Shown here one piece after another: positions 1-9,212 of a stretch of 64,000 nt of DNA; the stretch's first letter is position 1, and every line of letters begins with the position of its first letter. Made by a program: the position numbers and the translations under genes. The stretch lies in contig DATHJY010000004.1 of NCBI GenBank assembly GCA_035489575.1, positions 91,483-155,482 of the forward strand, written 5' to 3'. This stretch comes from Verrucomicrobiia bacterium (GTDB lineage: Bacteria > Patescibacteriota > Saccharimonadia > Saccharimonadales > JAGQNK01). The notes beneath the pieces were generated by a model that saw only the letters and a list, made by a program, of their open reading frames with translations, ran no database searches and was not told the origin of the DNA.

Positions 1-45
1 CTTTTTTGGCAAGAAAGCGAGATTGTTAACCAGCCCGACGGCCGT

Positions 46-816
46 ATGACTATGACCATTATCCAAAGGCCTCTAGAGAAGGACAGCGAGCTAGCGGACG
101 ATGTTGAGCATGGCCAGCGTATCCAGAAAGACCAGGAAGACGAAGTCTATGAAAACTTTGGGGATTGTGTGGTGTTCGAACAGAGGAGCAAGGGACCACT
201 TGGGTCAGCTCTGCGATTGTTTGGTATGCACCTGGCGGCTCGGAGACAGGACGGCCTGCTGAGATACGATGTCACCGTGTCGGACGTAGACTCTCTGAAT
301 GATACCCTGGATGAGGTACGCGTAGTTACGGGTTTTGCGCCAACAGCCAAATGGTTCGAGGGCGATCAGTATACTCACGCTGACTTGGAACGAGCTATCG
401 AAGAAAAGACACCAATAGTTGCCATAGATCCCTCACTGCGCATGCATGATACTTTGACCCATCTACCTGCATGGCTGATGCTGTCTGAAATTACCATGGA
501 CGCAATGAGTGCACGAGTAGTAGAACTGCGTACTGCTGTGGAACGAGCACGAGCCTCGGGACATGAAGCATTGCTGGGGCGCACACAGGGCGACCTGACC
601 ACCTACCTCAACAGTGTAGATACACTACTCAGCACCACAACTCTTCTGGAGGAAATGGAAGGAACGCTTACATCGCAAGAAGGTGCTGCTGGCAAACTTG
701 CGGCAACAATGAAGAAACTCACAGGCAATCCAGACGACAGGGCTGCAAGGCGCCACGCCAAACTGGCTCTGCGCAGAGTGCATCAGCTAACAGAGATGAA
801 ACACTCCAGGAACTAA
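46..816 (+). CDS. hypothetical protein (256 aa)
   Basis: Long ATG-started ORF with an acidic, helical-looking product and no motif I recognise. The next ORF starts 22 nt downstream. Confidence 0.5.
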   Translation: MTMTIIQRPLEKDSELADDVEHGQRIQKDQEDEVYENFGDCVVFEQRSKGPLGSALRLFGMHLAARRQDGLLRYDVTVSDVDSLNDTLDEVRVVTGFAPTAKWFEGDQYTHADLERAIEEKTPIVAIDPSLRMHDTLTHLPAWLMLSEITMDAMSARVVELRTAVERARASGHEALLGRTQGDLTTYLNSVDTLLSTTTLLEEMEGTLTSQEGAAGKLAATMKKLTGNPDDRAARRHAKLALRRVHQLTEMKHSRN

Positions 817-838
817 AAGCCGGGCAGCAAAAACTAAA

Positions 839-2314
839 ATGTCAGAAACTTACTCCCCCATAAACCAAGAAATGCACTCCCTAGATGAGCTGCGCCAGCA
901 ATCGCCCCTGGACGGTATTGAGCAGCAACTACCTCAGGACGCAGCCATAGAGTTTGCCCTCCGGGATTTACGCCAGGCCGTAGAGACCGAGCGCAGCCTT
1001 GTCGATGCACATACCGTTCAAGACGCTCAACGTTTTATAAATCAGGTAGGTAACCAGCATGAAGCTGCCGCTACCATCGCTACAGCCCAGGCCCTTGAGG
1101 CTGCGGGGCACGTATCAGCAACTAAACTTTCCGAGATTGAGCAACGCAGGCTAGAAAAAGATACCCCGGACGATAGCACTGCTCGCTATCACCTGGCTCG
1201 TACGACTGGCCCCCATGACCGACGGGCTGTGTCTCCGATCGAGGACAGAAGTATCTCAAAGCAGATGATTACCAGAGAGCTCGCCGCCGAAGTAACCAGG
1301 GTTACCGCACCCCAGTCTAGTAGCGAGTATTTGCATAGCCAGGAAGGCCAAGCGGAGCTGACACGTGTAGGGCTGGAAGGGTTCGACAAGGCAGTCGCCG
1401 CTCGACTACAAGTCATTACGGGTGCGGCTTCTGATGAGGCTCCCACTCCCCAGCAGATAGCGGAGGGGCTGCGCACCTTGACACAAGAAATGCACAGTAG
1501 CCAGTCCACATTGTCGAATGAAGTTTTGGAAAAGCTCGAAGAGAAGGGCGTTTTGATGTCGGCTGAGGTGCAGCAACAAGTGCTCAGCCAAGTCCTTGCC
1601 GGGGCACCTGAAAGGTTTGCCTCTGTCGAGCATCGTGACCACCAGATTTTTGCCGCCGCAAAGGTGTTTATTGGATTTGCCAGCGGTGGCGGCGAGGTCT
1701 ACGAAGACGTGCTGGCTGGCCAGGCCCGGGCAACGGCGTTTCATTCAGCCTTCCGCAGCAAGGGGCAAGGGGAAGGATCCGGCCACACCAGGGGGCGACG
1801 AGAAGCTCCTGGGGCGTACGAAAATAATCCTCAAGACAACAACTCTTCTATTGCCACCGAAGGACCATTGGCTGGCCGTCGCCTGGCGGCGGATCAACTG
1901 GTGGCCTACAACCAAATCCTTACTGATAATCCCCACCTGGCTACAGGTGAAGGAACGGCGCAAGACTTTAAGGATCTAGCCAAAAAATACCACAATGACA
2001 GCGAGGGCAGTAAGGATGGTATAGCATTTGGCGTGGTCAGTATGATCAAAGAAGACGGTGGCTTCAAAAAGGCAAGAACGGCTACAGCCTCGCCGGCAAC
2101 CGCGGCCCAGCCCAAACCAACTACTGCACCGCCAGAGCCGTCTCGTCCTGAGGCTCCCGTTGGTCCTCTAGCGCTCGAGGCCGCACCGGCACCAGTTTCC
2201 GCAGAAGCAGACAAAGGGAAGATTATTAGCATGGATGAACGGCGGCGTAACGATCCAGAGCTTAGCAAGGACAAGAGCAACAAAGGCAGCGGCGATCTAG
2301 TCGAAGCAGCCTAA
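839..2314 (+). CDS. hypothetical protein with degenerate J-domain-like segment and Pro/Ala-rich tail (491 aa)
   Basis: Long ORF. The segment AYNQILTDNPH...DFKDLAKKYHNDSEG resembles J-domain helices II/III but has HND in place of HPD. A hairpin terminator follows. Confidence 0.5.
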   Translation: MSETYSPINQEMHSLDELRQQSPLDGIEQQLPQDAAIEFALRDLRQAVETERSLVDAHTVQDAQRFINQVGNQHEAAATIATAQALEAAGHVSATKLSEIEQRRLEKDTPDDSTARYHLARTTGPHDRRAVSPIEDRSISKQMITRELAAEVTRVTAPQSSSEYLHSQEGQAELTRVGLEGFDKAVAARLQVITGAASDEAPTPQQIAEGLRTLTQEMHSSQSTLSNEVLEKLEEKGVLMSAEVQQQVLSQVLAGAPERFASVEHRDHQIFAAAKVFIGFASGGGEVYEDVLAGQARATAFHSAFRSKGQGEGSGHTRGRREAPGAYENNPQDNNSSIATEGPLAGRRLAADQLVAYNQILTDNPHLATGEGTAQDFKDLAKKYHNDSEGSKDGIAFGVVSMIKEDGGFKKARTATASPATAAQPKPTTAPPEPSRPEAPVGPLALEAAPAPVSAEADKGKIISMDERRRNDPELSKDKSNKGSGDLVEAA

Positions 2315-2327
2315 CTTCTCCTAAAGT

Positions 2328-2356
2328 TAAAGCCACCTAGCAAAAGGTGGCTTTAA
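2328..2356. terminator. bidirectional hairpin terminator between convergent genes
   Basis: aaagccacc / ggtggcttt form a 9-bp perfect stem flanked by A-run and T-run. It lies between the stop at 2314 (+) and the rpsT stop at 2377 (-). Confidence 0.6.
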
Positions 2357-2376
2357 AACCCTAAGACGGTTTCGGA

Positions 2377-2757
2377 TTATTTCTTGGTCGACTTCTTGGC
2401 GGCTGGCTTCTTTGCAGGAGCCTTTTTAGCAGCTGTTTTCTTGGCAGGTGCGGCTTTCTTGGCTGCAGTCTTCTTGGGAGCGGCAGTCTTTTTTGCGCCA
2501 GCAGCAGCTTTGGCTTTAGCGGCTAGCTGTCTCTGTTTGCGGGCAACTTTGTTCTTGTGCATTACATTCTTTTTGGCGGCTTTGTCCAAAGCACTCTGTG
2601 CTTGGCTCTGGGCCTTCTTAACATCTTTTTTGCCACCAGTTACGGCTGTCTGAAAGGATTTCAGGGCAGTGCGCAGGGTGCGCTTGGTCTTGACGTTGCG
2701 CACAGTTGCTTTGCGAGCAACCTTAACGCGCTTCTTGGCTGATTTAATAATGGGCAT
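2377..2757 (-). CDS. rpsT: 30S ribosomal protein S20 with Lys/Ala/Pro-rich C-terminal extension
   Basis: The N-terminus MPIIKSAKKRVKVARKATVRNVKTKRTLRTALKSF is typical S20. The last ~45 aa are an AKKxA low-complexity tail. Confidence 0.9.
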   Translation of the reverse strand: MPIIKSAKKRVKVARKATVRNVKTKRTLRTALKSFQTAVTGGKKDVKKAQSQAQSALDKAAKKNVMHKNKVARKQRQLAAKAKAAAGAKKTAAPKKTAAKKAAPAKKTAAKKAPAKKPAAKKSTKK

Positions 2758-3119
2758 CGTGCTTCCTCTATTAATCGTTGTTTAAGAGCTCTTTCATGTC
2801 TATCTTTTGATAGCGAATCACAAGCAGCTGCCTGATTTGTTGTTTGTTTTCTCGGCTTCCAAGGCGTAGCTATAGCTACGACTGGAAGCGAAAAACAGAT
2901 AACAAGTGGCAGACCTTGGGATTATTAGCCAAAATGATAGATGTGAAAGAACTCGATTTATCGGATCTGACTATACAGGGGTGGACTCCTTTTGTAAAGG
3001 CGGGCAGATCCTTGGGCCGGAGCACCTTGGTGTAATGCGGAGGGTATAGTATTGCACGGACGCTTATGTTTATGGTACGCTGCCAGAGACTAGGTATAAC
3101 CAAAAAAATCAAAATCAAA

Positions 3120-5447
3120 ATGGAAAATCCTAAGAATCAAATAGCAGAGCGTATAAAAGAGGCAAGCAATGTCTTGGTGACTGTTAGTGCCAACCCTTCG
3201 GTTGACCAACTGTCGGCGGCCATTGGCTTGACCCTACTACTGAACAAGCTGGACAAGCACGCCTCGGCTGTTTTTAGTGGGCAGGTGCCATCTACTCTTG
3301 AGTTCCTCAAGCCAGACGAAACACTCGAGAAAAATACCGATTCTTTGCGTGACTTTATTATTGCTCTGGACAAGTCCAAGGCTGACAAACTGCGCTACAA
3401 GGTCGAAGACACTATGGTCAAGATCTTTATTACTCCGTACCGTACATCTATCGGCCAGCAGGATCTTGAGTTTAGCCAGGGCGATTTCAACGTCGACGTG
3501 GTTATTGCACTAGGTGTCCATAGCAGGGAAGAGCTAGATCAAGCCATTACCGCTCATGGCCGTATCTTGCATGATGCAACAGTGGCAAGCATCAACACCA
3601 ACAGCGAGGGTGCCGATGTAGGCAGCATGAACTGGGCTGACGCCAAGGCTAGCAGTTTATGCGAGATGGTGGTGTCACTGGCCGAACTGGTCAAGGCCAA
3701 TTCGCTAGACGCCCAAATGGCGACCGCACTATTAACAGGTATCGTTGCCGAAACCGACAGATTCAGTAACCAAAAAACTACCTCGGTCACCATGAGTGCC
3801 AGTGCCAAACTGATGACAGCCGGTGCCAACCAGCAGCTGGTGTCGTCCAAACTGGAACAGCCCGAAGAGCTACCGCCAGCAGAACCGCTCGCCAAAAAAG
3901 AACCCAAGAAGGGCGCCAAAGATAAGGACCAGAAACCACCAGAAGATGCAGCGAGCGGTGATGGATCGTTACGGATCGAGCACGACGAAGAACCAGAAGC
4001 GCCCGAGCCCCCTGCAGAAGAACCGGCAAAGCCAATCGAACAGATAAAGATTGACGACCAAGGGCAGATGCTCCCCATGGAGCCACCTCAACTACCGCCA
4101 CCACCTCCACCCGAACCCCCTCATGAAGAACCCCCGGCGCCTCCACCACCCCCGCCTTTGCCCCCAATGAACGAGCCAACTCTGCCACCTCCAGTGCCAA
4201 AATCAGAGGCACATATCAAGGTGGATAGTCGTGACTTCCTAGAGCAGCCACCACTGACCCAGCGCCTTGAAGATGCCATGCAAACTACCATGCCCCAGGT
4301 ACCCGGCGAACTCGGCCTTGCGCCACCACCCGACGAAGACACGGGCTACGATCCAACAGGGGGGTCGCTCAACCTGCCGGCGGTGAATACGCCGCTACTC
4401 AAGCACAATTCTGGCGCGGCCCACACCAATGATGAACCCTTGCCTCCACCTCCACCTCTACCCCCGCGCCCTAAAGCACCAGAACCAAAACCTGAGCCAC
4501 CTCAACTACCGCCACCACCTCCACCCGAACCCCCTCATGAAGAACCCCCGGCGCCTCCACCACCCCCGCCACCGGCGCCCGAACCACTGCCTCCGCCACC
4601 ACCACCTCCTGTACCACCAAAACCGCCAGAGCCACAGCTGCCCCAGGCGGTCATTGACGTTATGGACGATCGCACCCTGAAGGAGCTTGAGCGGGTTGTA
4701 GATAGTCCACACCGCACCGCATCTGCCAAAGTAGGGGAGGGCAAGACCCTCAAGGCCTTAGAGCAGACTTTTAATAGCCCTCATCTCACCGCACCGCCAC
4801 CGGCGCCCGAACCGCTATTTCCTCCACTCCCAGCCCCGGGCAGTGCTGCACCCAAAAAAGACGACGACATGGCCCTAGACTACGAGGCTATAGACTCTGA
4901 GCCACCTGAACATGCCGACAAGCCAGATCCTAAAAAAGATGCAGCCGACAATCCCAGCCCAGCTGATGACCTGGGGGCTCCTGAAGTAACAGACGTACCA
5001 GTTCTGACCATACCTGGCAGTGCGCCAGTGGCCCCGGCCGATGACGTCACGCTCCCAGCCGCCGTTACTGATGGTGCGGACACCAATCAGCCACTAGCGG
5101 ACGCCCCGACAGGCGGCACCAACCTGGACGAACTGCCAACAGAAACCAATGCCCGTGACCAGGTAGCAGCAGCCCTGGCAGCCGCTAGCGGTACAGAACC
5201 CTTAGAGCCGCCAGCCGCCATGGGAGCTTCGCCGCTTTCGGAGATAGAACACCAAAAACCCGGCGCTCACATAGATATTGATAAAGACGGTACCGTCAGC
5301 TTCCCGCAGACGTTGGTACCAGAGTCAGACAGCTTGCCGCCAGACGATACAGCGGCTCCGGCCAGCGACGCCACCGCACCACCGACTATGCCACCACCCA
5401 TCATGCCACCGGTACCTTCTGCCGATAGCAGCTCCCCGGCTTCCTAG
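3120..5447 (+). CDS. degenerate DHH/NrnA-like N-terminal domain fused to ~500-aa proline-rich region
   Basis: ATG at 3120 (MENPKNQ...) is preferred over the upstream track start. N-terminal blocks align to the DHH layout (VLVTVSANPSVDQLSAAIGL, DVVIALGV, LLTGIVAETDRFSN), but the DxD/DHH acidic and His residues are replaced. The rest is PPPPxP low complexity. Confidence 0.7.
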   Translation: MENPKNQIAERIKEASNVLVTVSANPSVDQLSAAIGLTLLLNKLDKHASAVFSGQVPSTLEFLKPDETLEKNTDSLRDFIIALDKSKADKLRYKVEDTMVKIFITPYRTSIGQQDLEFSQGDFNVDVVIALGVHSREELDQAITAHGRILHDATVASINTNSEGADVGSMNWADAKASSLCEMVVSLAELVKANSLDAQMATALLTGIVAETDRFSNQKTTSVTMSASAKLMTAGANQQLVSSKLEQPEELPPAEPLAKKEPKKGAKDKDQKPPEDAASGDGSLRIEHDEEPEAPEPPAEEPAKPIEQIKIDDQGQMLPMEPPQLPPPPPPEPPHEEPPAPPPPPPLPPMNEPTLPPPVPKSEAHIKVDSRDFLEQPPLTQRLEDAMQTTMPQVPGELGLAPPPDEDTGYDPTGGSLNLPAVNTPLLKHNSGAAHTNDEPLPPPPPLPPRPKAPEPKPEPPQLPPPPPPEPPHEEPPAPPPPPPPAPEPLPPPPPPPVPPKPPEPQLPQAVIDVMDDRTLKELERVVDSPHRTASAKVGEGKTLKALEQTFNSPHLTAPPPAPEPLFPPLPAPGSAAPKKDDDMALDYEAIDSEPPEHADKPDPKKDAADNPSPADDLGAPEVTDVPVLTIPGSAPVAPADDVTLPAAVTDGADTNQPLADAPTGGTNLDELPTETNARDQVAAALAAASGTEPLEPPAAMGASPLSEIEHQKPGAHIDIDKDGTVSFPQTLVPESDSLPPDDTAAPASDATAPPTMPPPIMPPVPSADSSSPAS
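4080..4156 (+). repeat. 77-bp perfect intragenic direct repeat, copy 1
   Basis: gagccacctcaactaccgccaccacctccacccgaaccccctcatgaagaacccccggcgcctccaccacccccgcc is identical to 4494-4570. It encodes EPPQLPPPPPPEPPHEEPPAPPPPPP. Confidence 0.9.
4494..4570 (+). repeat. 77-bp perfect intragenic direct repeat, copy 2
   Basis: Identical to 4080-4156 and offset by 414 bp, so in frame. Confidence 0.9.
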
Positions 5448-5459
5448 CAGGGGCTTGCT

Positions 5460-6701
5460 CTAAAAATCGTCGTCGATAAAGTCAGGCTCTTGTTCCGCGA
5501 CCTTTATTTCTATATGAAATCGCTTGCGTGCGGTGCGCTCTAGCTCCTCTACGATATGCTGGCCTGTTACTTCTTCGACAGTCGTGACAACTCCCTGCTT
5601 TAGCAGGGCTGCAACCACTTGGGTGTCGCCAAGTTTGCCTGTTCGTTTCAGGGCCGCTACCATGTCGTCGCAGACTCGTTCGGCAAAAGGTGCTTCTTCT
5701 CGCAACAGCTCCGGTGCCTTATCTAACTGTCTCCGTACCAAACTAGAAGTAAGGTTATCTGCAAGCCATGCTGCCTCCGAAAACTTTTTGTCGTCATCAT
5801 ATTCACCAGCGGCAACCTTTGGGTTCAGGCCAGAGAACGCCAAGGGTCCATCCTCTAGGGCCGCCGCCGCGTACTGTGCCATGAAGTCCATCAACGGTTC
5901 GCCATGCTCATACAAGGCTTGCTCGTGATCCGTGGCCGCATCGTGCAGGAAATAAAAGAAGTTAGTTGCACCAATAGGGAACTTGCCCTGTTTTAATATA
6001 CTCAGATAAATGTGGTCATCGATATGGCCCGTCTCCAATATCTCAACATCAGGATAGTAAATGGCCGATTTCTCGTCCTCTGGTTTGAGTGCATCTGCTT
6101 GCCGCAGTATATCTAACCGTCTCTTGAGCTCATGCGGGGTAGGGAACGAGATTTGGGCAGTGGCGTCACCGGCCATTGTTACCTCAAACCCTAAATCTGC
6201 ATAGAGCTGTTGTATCTCGGCGATAGATTGATAAGCGTAATAATGGGGATAGGTTGCGTCATTGAGCCGCTCACTCACATACCGTGGGTTATTGAACGAT
6301 CGCCTATCTAGTGTCACGTCTACCGAGCCCTCTGATGGGTCGCCAGTCACACCTACAACCTCGGTGGAGGTTCGGAGCGTCAAGATGTTAGCCTCATCCA
6401 TGCTTATGGTGGTGGCTGCTTCGAGCCCAGAGGTCACCTTTGATATCCCAATGGTAACAAGTTCTATAGCCTCTCCCGGGGTTCTCTCATCAAATGCAAG
6501 GGGTCCGTATTGCTGGAGGGCAATAAAAAGCTCGGCGTCATTTGTAAGGACTTGCGCTCCAGATTCATGGCCCACACGTACAAAAGTATCCTGCACTACA
6601 GTGTCGTCAACCAGGTGTATATCTAAGAGCATCGCCTGAGGACCGAGGTCTAGCTCTTGTCCCTGTGAGGGGCCTGGGGAAAGTTCTTGTGTTTGGCTCA
6701 T
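5460..6701 (-). CDS. hypothetical protein (413 aa)
   Basis: Long ORF with an acidic product and no motif I recognise. Confidence 0.55.
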   Translation of the reverse strand: MSQTQELSPGPSQGQELDLGPQAMLLDIHLVDDTVVQDTFVRVGHESGAQVLTNDAELFIALQQYGPLAFDERTPGEAIELVTIGISKVTSGLEAATTISMDEANILTLRTSTEVVGVTGDPSEGSVDVTLDRRSFNNPRYVSERLNDATYPHYYAYQSIAEIQQLYADLGFEVTMAGDATAQISFPTPHELKRRLDILRQADALKPEDEKSAIYYPDVEILETGHIDDHIYLSILKQGKFPIGATNFFYFLHDAATDHEQALYEHGEPLMDFMAQYAAAALEDGPLAFSGLNPKVAAGEYDDDKKFSEAAWLADNLTSSLVRRQLDKAPELLREEAPFAERVCDDMVAALKRTGKLGDTQVVAALLKQGVVTTVEEVTGQHIVEELERTARKRFHIEIKVAEQEPDFIDDDF

Positions 6702-6794
6702 TTTTGTCTTAAGTTTAAGAGTATGCTAATTATAGCATTATTTTGATTATAAATCAATATTATAATACGAACTACGTCTGTATAATAGCGGAGT

Positions 6795-7478
6795 ATGTTT
6801 GATGGCATTCTGCTTATTGATAAGCCCAAAGGTTGGACGTCTTTTGATGTGGTGGCCAAAGTTCGGGGCATGGTCCGTGCAGAAACGGGCCAGAAAAAGC
6901 CCAAAGTGGGACATACTGGCACACTCGATCCGCTTGCCACCGGGCTGTTGGTATTGGTGTTGGGCAAGTACACCAAGCGCGTCCCAGAACTGTCCAAAAC
7001 CGACAAAACCTACGAGGTGACCATGTGCTTGGGGCAGACCAGTACCACTGGCGACGAAGAAGGCGAAAAAGCAGCCGTTTCGGACAAAGTCCCCTCGGAA
7101 CAGGAGCTGTTGGGGGTTATCCGTCAATTCGTGGGTGAGATATCGCAAATCCCGCCAGCTTATTCGGCTATCAAGGTGAATGGTCAGCGTGCCTATAAAC
7201 TGGCTCGGGCGGGCAAAGAGGTGGTGCTGGAGTCCAGAAAAGCCACTATCTATTCTTTAGAACTTCGGCGCTATGCCTACCCCGAGGTAGATTTTGTGGT
7301 TAGGGTGTCCAGTGGCACCTATATCAGAACTTTAGTGGAGGATGTGGGTAAAAAATTAGGCACGGGAGCTTATACGTCTGCGCTCCGCCGTACCACGGTG
7401 GGGAGCTTTGACGAGGCTCAGGCCATGCCCATAGAAGGGCTTTCGGCAACCACCATTCTGGCTAGTCTTATAGCGTAG
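6795..7478 (+). CDS. truB: tRNA pseudouridine(55) synthase TruB
   Basis: GILLIDKPKGWTSFDVV and GHTGTLDPLATGLLVLVLG are TruB catalytic-Asp motifs. Confidence 0.9.
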   Translation: MFDGILLIDKPKGWTSFDVVAKVRGMVRAETGQKKPKVGHTGTLDPLATGLLVLVLGKYTKRVPELSKTDKTYEVTMCLGQTSTTGDEEGEKAAVSDKVPSEQELLGVIRQFVGEISQIPPAYSAIKVNGQRAYKLARAGKEVVLESRKATIYSLELRRYAYPEVDFVVRVSSGTYIRTLVEDVGKKLGTGAYTSALRRTTVGSFDEAQAMPIEGLSATTILASLIA

Positions 7479-8994
7479 CGTTGGCGTGAATATGTGTTTT
7501 CTGTAGCCAGGCAATCCCTTCTTCGGGGGTAGAGAAGGCTCCGTCCAGCTGGCCTCCTAAAAGAAGATCCAGTAGCGGGCCAAACTCTGGGCCAGGCTTC
7601 ATGCCCAGTAGCTCGATCAGGTGATGGCCTCCCACTATGGGCTTCGGTGGAGCCTCGGCCACAGCCATATCGAGCGATTGCAGGTAGATGGCATGTGAAC
7701 GAGTAGTGGGCTCAAAGTCGTGCCCCCGACCGTTAGAATCGCACCGACTCACCAGGTCCCATAGCCTGATACTGGCTGGGTGCAGACGTTGCGCAAAGCG
7801 TCCCAGCTGTTTAGGGGTGGGCTCAGGGACATGCACATGCCACAGGTGATCACGAACAATGGGCAGGACCTTTTGTACCACGCTACGCTTCATTTGTATC
7901 TGTTCCAGGAAACGCTTCGAGGGTTCAATACCGGCAGTTTCATGGCCGTGAGCGGTAATACGCATAACGCCATTCTTCTCTTTGCGTGCAGTGGTCGTAG
8001 CCTTGCCTAGGTCGTGACAGAGGGCGCCAAATAAGACAACCAGCGCATCATCACCTTGCAAACCCTCTCGTTGTACAACTTGCACGGCGGCATCAATAGC
8101 ATGCTTGGTGTGATTCCAAACATTTCCCTCGGGGTGCCATTCACTTTCTTGCGGAATAGTGTCCAGTACGGCTAGTTCTGGGTGTAATTGATCCAGCACG
8201 CCCAATTCGCGAGCTACCTCGAGTCCTACGCTGGGCCGCGGTGATTTAGTGATCAGTTTCAGCCATTCCTCGCCCACACGTTCGGCGGGCAGTTCGGTGA
8301 GGTCAAGCGATCGACAGAGGTCAGCAGTCGGGGGGTCTACATCAAACCCAAAACGGCCGGCAAACTGCATGACGCGCAGTACCCGCAAAGGGTCATCGGT
8401 AAATAATTCAGGATCGGTAGCACGCAGCACACCGGCTTTAATGTCTGCAGCGCCCCCATACTCGTCAATCAGTTCGCCGGTGAGAGGGTCCATGGCCAGG
8501 GCATTTATGGTCAGATCGCGCCGCTTTGCCGCTTCGGCTATGGTCATTGTAGGATCGCCGGTGACTATAAAGCCGCGGTGTCCCCGATCTACCTTAGAGT
8601 CACGCCGGGGGATAGAGAAGTCCAATACATCTCCACTCTCTGGGTTGGTGAGCTTGGCAATGCCAAAGCTGGCACCAACCAGGTTAACTTCGCCGTATGC
8701 TCGCAAGGCAGGGACAAGCTGCCCAAAAGGCACTCCGTATACCTCAATATCTATATCTTTAGACGCCAGCGCCTCGCCTGTATGGCGGGCAATCAGCGAA
8801 TCTCGTACGAACCCACCAACTACTAGGGCCCGTCCGCCCTGATCTAGCAAATTTTGGGCGAGATCAGCACAAAACCGTAGATCAGAGGCCCAGGCCGGAT
8901 CTGTTTCGTGGTGTGCTTGCTCATAAAAGCCGACGAGGTGTTCGATAGGCTGCACTTCACGCTCGGATTCCATTGTTCCGTCACGATGTAACAT
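7468..8994 (-). CDS. cca: CCA-adding tRNA nucleotidyltransferase with HD domain
   Basis: ALVVGGFVRDSL, DIDIEVYG and RRDLTINALAMD are class II nucleotidyltransferase motifs. An HD-type region (CHDLGK) lies C-terminal. The 3' end overlaps truB by 11 nt, convergently. Confidence 0.85.
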   Translation of the reverse strand: MLHRDGTMESEREVQPIEHLVGFYEQAHHETDPAWASDLRFCADLAQNLLDQGGRALVVGGFVRDSLIARHTGEALASKDIDIEVYGVPFGQLVPALRAYGEVNLVGASFGIAKLTNPESGDVLDFSIPRRDSKVDRGHRGFIVTGDPTMTIAEAAKRRDLTINALAMDPLTGELIDEYGGAADIKAGVLRATDPELFTDDPLRVLRVMQFAGRFGFDVDPPTADLCRSLDLTELPAERVGEEWLKLITKSPRPSVGLEVARELGVLDQLHPELAVLDTIPQESEWHPEGNVWNHTKHAIDAAVQVVQREGLQGDDALVVLFGALCHDLGKATTTARKEKNGVMRITAHGHETAGIEPSKRFLEQIQMKRSVVQKVLPIVRDHLWHVHVPEPTPKQLGRFAQRLHPASIRLWDLVSRCDSNGRGHDFEPTTRSHAIYLQSLDMAVAEAPPKPIVGGHHLIELLGMKPGPEFGPLLDLLLGGQLDGAFSTPEEGIAWLQKTHIHANATL

Positions 8995-9157
8995 ATTATA
9001 GTTATTTTACAATAAAAAACCATTTTTGTCTATCTTCATCTAAATTCTCGACATCAGACGACTACAGGCCAAGGGGTTTGTCCTTGAGAAACACCGTGCG
9101 CAAGTAGGGGATTTTGATATCAAAGATGCCCGGCTCCTGACAGAAAAAGCTGATATT

Positions 9158-9186
9158 TTGAACTATTTGATCAAATAGGGTATAAT
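9158..9186 (+). promoter_or_regulatory. sigma70-like promoter (TTGAAC-17-TATAAT)
   Basis: ttgaac at 9158-9163, a 17-nt spacer, then tataat at 9181-9186, about 27 nt upstream of the 9213 start. Confidence 0.45.
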
Positions 9187-9212
9187 ATTGTTCACTAAAT
9201 GAACGGAGTATC

